Assembly (NCBI GenBank): GCA_002633005.1
Contig: NMRA01000080.1
Location: 101,785 to 165,784, forward strand
Direction: 5' to 3'
Length of the DNA: 64,000 nucleotides
Source of the DNA: Phoronis australis
Taxonomy: Eukaryota > Animalia > Phoronida
The notes under the pieces were generated by a model. That model worked only from the letters and a program-made list of their open reading frames with translations. It had not been told where the DNA came from and ran no database searches. Of this stretch, positions 12,177-24,730 are shown in pieces; positions within the stretch are counted from its first letter, which is position 1, and each line of letters starts with the position of its first letter. A program made the position numbers and the translations under genes.

Positions 12177-13320
12177 AGGGCTCCCTAGACTGGTTTAAAT
12201 CATATCTCTCAGAGAGGTGACAGGTTGTATCCGTTGGTGGACATCTGTCTGAGTCCCGAGGTTTCACACAAGGTATTCCCCAGGGATCCTTCCTGGGACC
12301 TCTGCTGCTTTTACTTTTTATAAATGATCTCTCTTTAGTCTGCGAAAACACGGTTGACATGTATGCAGATTATACTACTTCGTCTGTTGTGGCAAACTCG
12401 CTGATCGCTGTAAAGGACAGACTCCAGTCTGATCTGGTTAAGGTTGCTACCTGGTGTACTGATAATAAAATGGTAATTAATGCTGAAAAAACAAAATGTA
12501 CGAGTATTGCCTCAGAGCAATGGCATAGTAGAAGTAATTTTGAGCTTAACTTTGCTATTTCCAATGTACGCCTCAAATATGCTGACAGTGAAAAGTTATT
12601 AGGTGTTGCTGTAGATAAGACCCTCAGCTGGTCTAGCCATATAAATGGAACTGTGTCCAAAATTAGGCGGCGCCTTGGTCTTCTCCGGCGTATATCACCA
12701 CTTCTTCCCACAGAAGGGCGTCTGCAATATTTCGGCGCTGATGTATTCCCTATGTTCGTTTATTGTAGTACAGTGTGGTCAGGATGCATTGCAAAATTAG
12801 TTTCCTCTTTATTGAAGGCTCAGAAGCAGGCGGCCAGACTTGTTCTATAGTAGGTGTGCCTTTTGACACTTCGTCAACTCATATGTTTAATAGACTGGGG
12901 TGGCTCCCTATTGACAAAAATTTTATATATAGGCGTCTGTGTATGGTGCATGGGTGCTTTCACGGTAAGGTACTGACTTATTTATCTCATAATCACGTAC
13001 TTGCTCGAAATAGCCACCAAATCAGGACAAGATTTTCTGCCTCAAACAATTTGGTTTTGCCCAGACACAGAACATGGTTTTATTCTAAGTCTTTCTTTAT
13101 TCAGACCATCCAACAGTGGAACAATTGGCCTAATAGTCTTAACGATGCTGACTGTTATGATAATTTCAGACACCACCTCATCAGTTACTTGTGGTCGTCA
13201 CAGATGTCCCTCCTTTTGTCATTCCAATATATTTACCAACAAAATTTTATTTGTTTATTTATCTTTAATTTCAATTTGTAAATCCAATTTGTAAATGCTA
13301 TTTTATTTAGTGCATCTACT
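12177..13320 (+). mobile_element. 5'-truncated LINE (CR1/L2-group) ORF2 fragment inserted in the satellite
   Basis: WFKSYLSER*QVV, GIPQGSFLGPLLLLLFINDL, MYADY (decayed YADD), KLLGVAVDKTLSW and the C-terminal WNNWP motif. Has stops and a frameshift, then an AT-rich 3' tail. Confidence 0.93.
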
Positions 13321-16300
13321 GCGTTTAGACGCGTATACACAACAATAAACACAAATAAACTCATGGAAAAGCAAATAGAGGCGTATAGAGGCTATATACG
13401 CGTATATAGATGCGTACAAACGAACATGGGAGACTTAAGACGCGTATCAGCACCCGAATAAACGCAAATCAACGCCTATAAGCGCAAATAAACGCTTTAA
13501 AGACTATGTACTCTTATATGGATGCGTATAAACGGGCATAGACGCGCTCAGTCGCGTATAGACACGAATGACCCATGTAAACGCAAATAAAGGCGTAAAG
13601 AGGCAATGTATGTATATACAGATGGTATAAACGGGCTTTGACGCGCTTAGTCGCGTATAGGCACGGAAAAATGTGAATAGACGCAAGTAAACGCAAATAG
13701 AGGCTATATACGCATATAAACTGCATAAACGCTTTTAGATGCGTATAGACACGAATAAACGTGAATAGACGCATGTAAACGCAAATAGACGCGTAAAGAA
13801 GTTATATCAGCTTATATACATGTATTTTAAGGGGCATAGACGCGCTTTGACACGTATAGACACTAATGGACGCGTATAGACACTAATAGACGCGAATAGA
13901 CGCAGGTAAACGCAGATAGACGCGTATGGAGGCTATGGACTTGTATACAGATGCGAATGAACGGCTTCGATGCGCTTAGACAAATAGGCGCGAAAATACA
14001 CATGGTGACGCAAATACACGCGTAAGGAATGATATATACGCGTATACAAATGCCTATAAACAGGCATAGAGTGGCTTAGACGCATACAGACATGGCTAGA
14101 CTCGAATAGACGCGATTATACGAAAGTGGGCGCATATAGAGGCTATAAACGCGAATATAGAGTCGATAAACCGCATCAACGCGTATAGACTTTGATTAAA
14201 CGCAAATAGACGCGTCTCAATGCAAATAGAAGCATATAAAGGCTATAAAAGCGGATGTAGATGCGTATAAGCGGGCAAAGACGCGCTTAGACGCGTATGG
14301 GCCCTAATAGACACGTAAGGACACTAATAGGCGCGAATAGACGCATGTTAACGCAAATAGACGTGTATAAATGCTATATACCTATATATTGATACATATA
14401 AACGGGCGTTGACGCGTATAAACACTAATGGACGTGTATAGACACTATTAAAAGAGAAGGGACGCATGTAAACGCAAATAGATGGGTATAGAGGCTATTT
14501 ACGCGTATATAGACGTACATAGACGGGCTTAGACGCGTATAGACATTAATAGACGCGTATAGACACAAATAGACGCATGTATTTGAAAATATACGCTTAT
14601 AGAGGCTATATAAGCGTATACAGATGCATATGAATGGGCAAAGACGTGATTAGACGGGTGTAGACATGATTAGACTCAAATAGACGCGAGTAAACGAAAA
14701 TAGACGCGAAAACAGGGTATATACGAGTACATAGACGCGTATAAACCGCTTCAACGAGTATTAAACGCAAATAGACACGTATAGAGGCTTCATAAGCGTA
14801 CATAGACCCGTGTAAACGCGCCTATACGCGCTTAGACGCGTAGACACTAATAGACGCGTATAGACACTAATAGCTGCGATTAGACGCATGTAAACGCAAT
14901 TGACGCGTATAAATGCTATATATGCGTTTACAGATGCGTATCAATTTCGTAGACTAGCTTAGACGCATGTACACACAAATCGACGCATGTAAACGAAAAT
15001 AGACTCATATATAGGCTATGCACGCTGATATTGATGCGTATAAATGGGCATAAACGCTCTTAGAGGCGTATAGGCACTAATGGACAAGTAAAGACACCTT
15101 TAGAAGAGAATAGACGTATGTAACGCAATTAAATGCGTATAGAGGCTATTTATGAGTATATAGATATGTATGAACGGGCACCGACGCGCCTAGACGCGTA
15201 TAGACATCACTAGACTCAAATAAACGCGAGTAAACGAACGTAGACGCGTATAGAGGTTTCATACGCGTTTACTAATGCGTATGAAAGGGTATGGATGCCC
15301 TTAGACGAATACGACAGGAAACACGCAAACAGACGCGTATAAAGTCTGTATACCCTTATATAGATGCGTATAAACGGGCATAGTCACGCTTAGACGTGTA
15401 GAGACGCAAATGAACGCGAATAGACGCAAGTAAAAACAAATAGACGCGTGTAGAAGCTATACACGCGTACATAGATGCGTATAAGCAGGAATAGACGATC
15501 TTAGACACGTGTAGACACGAATAAAGGCGAATAGACGCATTTAAACGCAAATGAACGCGTATAGAGGCTTTATACGCCTATAATAGATAAGTATAAACGA
15601 GCATAGAGGCGTTTAGACGCGTATAGACACTAATAGACGCATGTAGACGCACTAATACGCGTAGATAGATTATATAGATGCGTATAAACCTGAATAGACG
15701 ATCTTAGACACGTGTAGACACGAATAAAGGCGAATAGAAGCATTTAAACGCAAATAAACGCGTGTAAAGGCTATATACTCATATACAGATGCGTATAAAC
15801 GGTATTGACGGGCTTAGACATGTATAAACACAAAATAAACGCGAATAGACGCATGTAAATTCAGAAAAAAGCGTAAAGAGGCAATATACGCATATACAGA
15901 CGCGTATAAACGGTGAGAGACGGGCTTTGACGCGTATAGACATGAATAAACGAGAATAGTTACATGTAAACGCAATTGACGCGTATAGATGAGTATAAAT
16001 TTCATAGACGCGCTTACGCGCATGTACACACAAATGGAGGCAAACAAACGCATGTAATCTCAAATACACACGTGTATAGGCTATGCACGCGTATATTGAT
16101 GCCTATAGATGAACATAGACGCTTTTAGACGCGTATAGTCACTAATGGACGCGTATAGACCTATTAGACTATGTAAATCCATATAAATGTGTATAAAGGC
16201 TATTTACGCGTATACAGATGTTTATGAACTGGCACCGACGCGCTTAGACGCGTATAGACACCACACAACGGGAATAGACGCAGGCATGTAAACTCACATA

Positions 16301-16645
16301 GATGCGTAAGGAGGCTACGTTTATACGGATGGGTATAAGCGGGCATAGACGCGCTTAGAGGCGTATAGACAACAATAGACGCGAATAGACGCATGTAAAC
16401 GCAAACAGACTCGTAAAGAGGCTATATACGCGTAGACAGATACCTATGAACAGGCATAGAGGCGCTTAGATGATTACAGACATGGCTAGTCTCAAATAGA
16501 CGCGAGTAAAGGAACATAGACGCAAAAATAGGCTATAATTGCGTATACAGGTGCGTACAAACGGTCATAGACGCGCTTAGACGCATATAGACACGAATGG
16601 ACGTGAATAATTGCATGTTAACGCAAATTAACTCTATAGAGGCTA

Positions 16646-17820
16646 CAGCACACATTACGAATTTTTGTCCGACTGGTCGGAAATTGGTCGACGACCGGCC
16701 GTCGACCGGTCGTCTAGCCGACCAGCAGCCGACCAGCAACGGTCGGCTAGGAGCAGTTTGTTGAGTCGCCTCTGTGGTCGGCACTTGGGTCGGCTAAGTG
16801 GTCGTCTAGCGTAGACGACCAATTCGGATTAAACGTGTCCTTGGTCGGCAATTGCCATTTTATGACTTAGTGGGTGAACTTTGTCCAAACAAACATTTAA
16901 CTGTTCGCTGTTCGTTCACCAGTGGCAACTCCGGTCTTGACATCAGTTTATCAACTTTTGTTCAACTATTGAAAGATGATGGTGATAAAATCGAATCAAC
17001 CTACAAATGCGAAGTGCGGACGGCGTGGTAAAATCAAACGTTAAGTGATATAGCGGAAGCATTATTTCTGTCTCTTTGTATGAGACTTTTTATACAGTAC
17101 AATATGCATAAAAACAAGCACGAAATTTGAATTATTACAGTAAAAGTGCACAAAAATCAGAATACAACGCTGGCTGTTTTACGACCTCAAGTGTTTTCAT
17201 AAAACGCAACGGATTATTTCGAGAGACAGCAATTCAAGGTTTAAAGTTTAGCTAAATTTATGAGTTTATTCAATTTTCTTTATGTTGTAAGGATTGCGTA
17301 AATAGTTGTACATATTCAGGGCAAATAAAAGTTATATTTATTTACATGTCATTACAAACTTTTCCTGTTCAAAGTTTCTTTCTCTCAAAAGCGGTCTTCG
17401 AATGTAGAATCTGGACTATGGTATGTAGTGTTTGTCCTATCTTTATAGTTCACGTTCTTTCCGAAAATTATCTATAGTTTGTTTTCGAAGCAGGGGAGAA
17501 TTGTGAGTGTGTGGGAATGGCTTATTGTACACGTACGTGTTATTCACATTTTTAACATATACTTCAACCGATATTACAATATACGTATGCCTAAGAACGT
17601 GCTCCGAGTCAGTGACCCTGTAACCAGTATGCCGTAAACTTTGTTTATCTAAACTTTGAAGACGTGCTTTGTACTTGGCCCCGGTTTATTATTGTAGGGT
17701 CCTGACAACACACGACTCTGAAAGTTTTGAAAACGCAACTCTTTCTTTACGCAGTTATGTATTTTGCTGGTCGTCGACCAATTTCCGACCGGTCGGACAA
17801 AAAAATCGTGATGTGTGCTG
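16646..17820. mobile_element. 1175-bp non-autonomous TIR element inserted in the satellite
   Basis: ~50-bp TIRs CAGCACACATTACGAATTTTTGTCCGACTGGTCGGAAATTGGTCGACGACC and its near-exact reverse complement ending at 17820. It splits a gaggcta|tatac monomer. No transposase. Confidence 0.92.
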
Positions 17821-20800
17821 CATATACATGTATTTAGATGCGTACGAACGGGCATACGTGCTTAGATGCCTAAAGACACGAATAAACGCAAAGAGAGCCA
17901 TGTAAACGCAAACAGAAGCGTAAAGAGGCTATATATGAGTATACACATGGGTAAAAACAGGCATTGACGCGCTTAGACGGGTATGAAAACGAAAAAAACG
18001 TGAAGAGACGCATGAAAACGTAAATAGACGGGTATGGAGGCTCTATCAACGTATACAGATGCATATAAACGGGCATAAACGCGCGTAGAGGCGTATAGAC
18101 AACAATAGACGCGAAAAGTCACATGTAAACGCAAACACACGCGTGAAGACACTATATACGCGTATACACATACCTACATCTGTATGAACGGGCATAGACG
18201 TGCTTAGATGAATGTAGACATGGCTAGAATCAAATAGACGCGAGCAAACGAACATAGACGCGAACGGAGGCTATATACGCTTATATAGATGCGTATAAAC
18301 GTCATAAAAACGCTTAGACGCGTATAGACACGATTGAACGCGAACATATGCATTATAAGGCAAATATAAATAGAAGCGTATGGGGGCTATATCAGCGTAT
18401 ATTGATGCAAATAAACGGGCATAGACGGCCTAGAGGCGTATAGACAACAATAGACGCAAATAGACGCATGTAAACGCGAATAGACGCGTATACAGGCTAT
18501 ACACGCGTATACAGATGCGTGTAAACAGGCATAGTCTGGCTTAGACGTGTATAGACATGGCTAGACTCAAATAGACGCGAGTAAACGAAAATAGACGCAT
18601 GTTAACGCAAGTAGACGCGTAAAGAGGCTATATACGCGAATATAGAAACGCATAAACGGGCAAAGACGCGCTTATACTTGTATAGACACTAATAGACGCG
18701 TATAGACACTAATAGACTCGAATATACGCATGTGAACGCAATTAGACGCGTATAGAGGCTACTTACGCGTATATAGACGCGCTTAGACGCGCATAGACAC
18801 GGCTAGACTGAAATAGACGTGAATAAACGAAAATGGACGCGAATAGAAGAAATATACGCGTATAAAGATAAGCATCAATATGAACGGACGCAATTAGACA
18901 CTTATTGACACGAATAAAAGCGAAGAGACGCATTTAAACGCAGATGGATGCATATATAGGCTATATACGCGAATAAAGACGCGTATAAACGGTTATAGAC
19001 GGACTTTGACGCGTATAAACACGAATAGACGCAAGTAGACGCATGTAAACGTAAATGCAGGCGTATATGGCTATACACGCGTATGTAGATGCTTAGAAAC
19101 GGACATAGACGCGCTAAGACGGGCATAGACAAGACGAATAGACGCATGTAAAAGCAAATAGACGCGCAAAGAGGCTATACACGCGTATTTAAATACCTAC
19201 AAACAGGCATAGACGCACTTAGACGCGTATAGAGACTAATCAACGCGAATAGACGCATGTAAAGGTAAAAAGACGCTATAGAGGTTCCATACGCGTATAT
19301 AGAAGTATATAAAAGGGCACAGACGCATTTAGATGCGTATGGACACAAATAGAATTGAATAGACTCATCTAAACGCAAATAAACGCGTATAGAGACTATA
19401 TACGCGCATGCCGATACCTATGAACGGCCATAGACGTGCTTAAATGAGTATAGACATGGCTAGACTCAAATACACGCGAGTAAACGAACATAGACGCTAA
19501 TGGAGGCTACATAGGCGTATATAGACGCGTATCAACCGCATCAACGCGTATAGACACAACTAAACGATAATAGACGCATGTAAACACATGTAGACGCGTA
19601 AAAAGGCTATATACGCGAATGTAGAAACGTATAAACGGACAAAGACGCGCTTAGACGCGTATAGACACTAATAGACGCGAAAAGACGCAAATAAAAGCAA
19701 CTAAACGCGTATAGAGGCCATATACGCGTATATAGATGCGTATAAAACGGAATAGACGCGCTTAGACACGTACAGACATCAGTAAAGGCGAATAGACGCA
19801 TTTAAACACAAATAGACGTCTATAGAGGCTATATACGCCTATATAGACACGTATAAAGAGGAATAGAGGCGCTTAGACAAGTTTAGACACTAATAGACGC
19901 ATGTGAACGCAAAAATACGTGTAGAGAGAATATACGCGTGTATAGATGCGTATAAACGGGGATAGATGCGCTTAGACGCGTATAGACATGAGCAGACGCA
20001 AATACACGCATTTAATCGAATATAGACGCGTATAGACGCCATATTCGCGTACAGATGCCTAAGAACGGGGTGGATGCGCTTAGACGAAAAGGCGCAAAAA
20101 CAGATGGTAACGCAAAAAGAAGCGTTTAGAGGATATATACGCGTATATGGAGGCGTATAAACGCGCATATATTGGCTTAGACGGGAATAGACATGGCTAG
20201 ACTCAAATACACGCGATTAAACGAAACTAGACGCAAAAACAGGTTATGTATCCTTATGTAGACGACTATAAACCGCATCAACGCTTATAGACTCGATTAA
20301 AAGTGAAAAGACGCATGTAAACGCAAATAGACACGTATAGAAGCTTTATATGCGTACATAGACGCGTCTAAACTCGTCTACACGCGTTTAGACTCATATA
20401 GAAAATAATAGACGCGTTTTGACACTAATAGACGCATATATACGCGTATCTAAATTCATATCAACCCGCAGGAGCGTGCCTGGACGCGTATAGACGCGAA
20501 TAAACGCATATTAACACAAATAGACAAGTATAGATGCAATATACGCGTTTATAGATGCATATAAAGGGGCATAGACACGTTTAGACGCGAATAGACGCAT
20601 GTAAACGCAAATGCACGTGTATAGAGGCTATATACGCGTATATAGATGCTTATGAATGGGCATAGATGCGTTAAGACGCGCAGACACAAATAAACTTAAA
20701 TAAATGCAAGTAGAACCAAAAAGACGCGTATAAAACCTATACACGAGTATCTAAATACATATAAACTGGCATAGACGCGCTTAGACGCGCATAGACACGA

Positions 20801-23800
20801 ATAGACGGGAATAAACGCCCTCAGATGCGTATAAATACTAACAGACGCCTGTAGACGCTTCTAAAGGCAAACCAACGCGTATATAGGCTATATACTTGTA
20901 TATAGATGCGTATCAACGAGAATAGACGCGCTTAGACGCGTAAAGACACGAACAATGACGAAAAGACGCTTTAAACGTACATAGACGTGTATAGAGGCTA
21001 TATACGCCTATATAGGTGCGTATAAATGAGCAAGGAGATGCTTAGACGCGTTTAGACACCAATCGACTCAAGTAAACGCAATAATACGCGTATAGAGGCT
21101 ATATACGAATATACAGATGCGTATAATGGAAGAGTATAGACACTATTAGATGAGAATAGACGTATGTAAACGCCAATAGATGCGTATAGAGGCTATTTAC
21201 GCGTGTACAGACGTGTAAAAACGGGCATAGGCGCGTTTAGACTGGTATAGACATGACTAGACTCAAATAGACGCGAGTTAACGATAACGGACGCAAATGG
21301 AGGCTATATACTCGTATAGAGATGCTTATAGACATTGCTAGACTGAAATAGACGAATGCAAACGCAAATACACGAGAATAGAGGCTATATACGCGTGTAC
21401 TGGTGCGTATGAACAGGCATGGACGCACTTAAGACGAAGATTCCAGGAAAGACACAAATTGACGCCTATAAAATCTTTATACGCGCATAAACGAGCATAG
21501 ACGCTCTTAGACGCGTATACACACGAAAGGACACTCATAGACGCACGTAAAAGCAAATACACCCAAATAGAGGATATATACGCGTATAAAGATGCGTATA
21601 TACGGGCATATACGCGTTTAGACACGTATAGACACATATAAACCCCAAATACACGCATGAAAGAGGAAATACACGCCTATAGATGCTATACACGCGTATA
21701 TAGACGCGTATAAACGGGCAAAGACGCGCTTAGACACGTACAGATAAGAATAAAGACGAATAGACGCATTTAAACGCAAATGGACGCATAAAGAGGCTAT
21801 TTACGGGTATACAGGTGAACGGACTAAGGCGCGATTATACGCGTGTAGACACGAAGAAAGGGGCAAATAGACGCATTTAAACGCAAATGGACGCGTAAAG
21901 AGGCTTTATACGACTATGTAGATGCGTATAAACGAGCATAGAGGCACTTAGACGCGTACAGAAAATAACAAACACATGTAAACGCAATAATACGCGTAGA
22001 GAACATGCGTCTAGAGGCTATATACGCATATACAGATGTGTATAAATGGGATTGACGAGCTTACACGCGTGTAAACACCAAAAAAACAAGCACACGCATG
22101 TAGACGCAGATAGATGCGTATGGAGGATATATACTCGTATATAGACCCATATAAATGGGCGTAGATGCGCTTTGACGCGTATAAACACGAATAAACGCGA
22201 ATAGACGGATGCAAACGCAAATGCACAGGTATACAGGCTATATACTCGTACGTAGACGCATATAAACTGGCTTAGAGGAGCTAAGACGGGTATATACACG
22301 AAAAACGCAAAAAGACGCATGTAAAAGAAAATAGACGGATATAGAGGCTAAAGACGCGTGTCTTAATACATATAAAGGGGCATAGACGCGCTAATACGCG
22401 TATAGACACGAATAGACGCATGTTAACGTAAACAGACGCGTATAGAGGTTATATACGCGTCTACAGATGCCTAAGAACGGGATACGGGATGGACGGGCTT
22501 AGACGTAAAGGCGGTAAAACACGCACATTAACGGAAATAGACGCGTATAGAGGCTATATACGCGTATAACCTGGCAAAGACACGTATAGACGCGTATAGA
22601 CACTAATAGACGCAAATAGATGCATGACAACGTAAATATACGCTAACAGAGGCTATATACGAACGGGATTGAAGACCTTAAACGCGTAGACACGAAAAAA
22701 CGGGAAAAGACGCATGTAAACGGGGATAGATACGTAAAGAGGCTATATACGCGTATACAGATACCTATGAACGGGCATAGACGCGCTCAAATGAGTATAG
22801 ACATGGCTAGACTCAAATACACGCGAGTAAACGAACATAGACGCAAATAGAGGCGTTTATAGAGGCGTACAAACCGCATCAACGCGTATAAACTCGATTG
22901 AACGAGAATATACGCATGTAAACGCAAGTGGACGCGTAAAGAGGCTATATACGCGGCTGTAGATACGTATAAACGGGCGAAGACGCGCTTAGACGCGTAT
23001 AGAAACGAATAGACCTGAGTAGACGCACGTAAACGCAAAGTGACGCGTATAGAGACTATAACCGCGTTCATAGATGCGTATAAACGGGCAAAGACGCGCA
23101 TAGAGCGTATACACACTAAAAGACGCGAATAGACGCGTGTAAAAGCAAATGGACGCGTATGAAAGCGATACACGGGCATCTAAATACACATAAACGGGCA
23201 CAGACGCTCTTAGTAGAGTATAGACACCAATAGACATGAGTAGATGCCCGTAAACGCAAAGTGACGTGTATGCAGACTATAAACCCGTTTATAGATGCGT
23301 ATAAACGGGCAAAGACACGCATAGAGCGTATACACAGTAATAGACGCGTATAGATGCATGTGAACGCAAGTAGACGCGCTAAACTGCTGTATACGCGGAT
23401 GTAGATCCGTATAAAAGGGCAAATAAGCATTTAGACGCGTATCAACACTAATAGACGCGTATAGACAGTAAGTGACGCCAAAAAACGCCTGTAAACGCAA
23501 ATAGACGCGTATAGAGGTCATATACGTGTAAACATATGCGTATGAACGGGCATCGACGTTCTTAGACGCGTTTAGAGTCTATATACGCGTATATAGATGT
23601 ATATAAACGTGCAAAGACACGCTTAGACGCGTATAGACACTAATAGACGCAAATAGACGCCTATTAACGCAAATAAACGGGAACAGAGGCTATATACGCA
23701 TATACAAATGCGTATAAACGGGATTGACGGGCTTAGACGTGTATAGACACGAATGTACGCAACTAATTGCATGTTAACGCAAATAAATGCTATAGAGACA

Positions 23801-24730
23801 TGTATATAGATGCGCATAAACGGGCATAGACGCCCTTAGACGCGTGTAAGCACAAACAAACGCGAATAGATGCACGTGAACGCAAACGCAGGCTATATAC
23901 TCGTAGGTAGACGCATATCAAATGGCTTAAAGGCGCTAAGACGGTATATACACGAAAAACGCGAATAAACGCATGTAAAAGAAGATAGACGGGTATATAG
24001 GCTATACACGCGTTTCTTCATACATATAAAGGGGCATAGACGCGCTAATACGCGTATAGACACGAATAGACACGAATAGACGCATGTTAGCGCAAATAGA
24101 CGCGTATAGAGGTTATATACGCGTATACAGATGCCTATGAACGGGATAGACGCGTTTAAACGAAAAGGTGCAAAAACACGCATGTTAACGCAAATAGATG
24201 CGTATAGAGCAAATATACGCGTATGGCAAAGAGGCACTTAGACGCGTATAGACAATAATAGACGCAAATAGACTCATATAAATGCGTACAGAGGCTAAAT
24301 ACGCATATACAGATGTGAATAAACGGGATTGACGACCTTAGATGGGTATAAACACGAAAAAAACATTAATAGACGCATGTAAACGCAAATAGATGCGTAT
24401 AGAGGCTATATGCGCTTATATAGACGCTTATCAACTCATAGACGCACTTTGACACGTATAGACTCGAATAAACGTGAAAAGAAGTATGTAGACGCAAATA
24501 GACGAGTTTAGATTTTATATACTCGTGTCTAGATGCATACAAACGTTCATAGGCGCGCTAAGACGGGTATAGACACGAAAAAACGCAAATAGACGCATGT
24601 AAACGCAAATAGAAAAGTATAGAGGCTAAAAACGCGTATATAGGAGAGTATAAGCGGGTATAGACGTTTTTAGACACGTATAGACACGAATAAATGCAAA
24701 TAGACGCATGTAAAGGCAGAGACGCGTAAT

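Larger units (their letters stand above)
10575..24730 (+). repeat. Satellite, left arm: degenerate ~10-bp TAGACGCGTA monomers in ~100-bp modules
   Basis: Continuous recurrence of tagacgcgta, aaacgcaaa, gaggctatatacgcgta and aaacgggca. Interrupted by two insertions. Confidence 0.97.
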
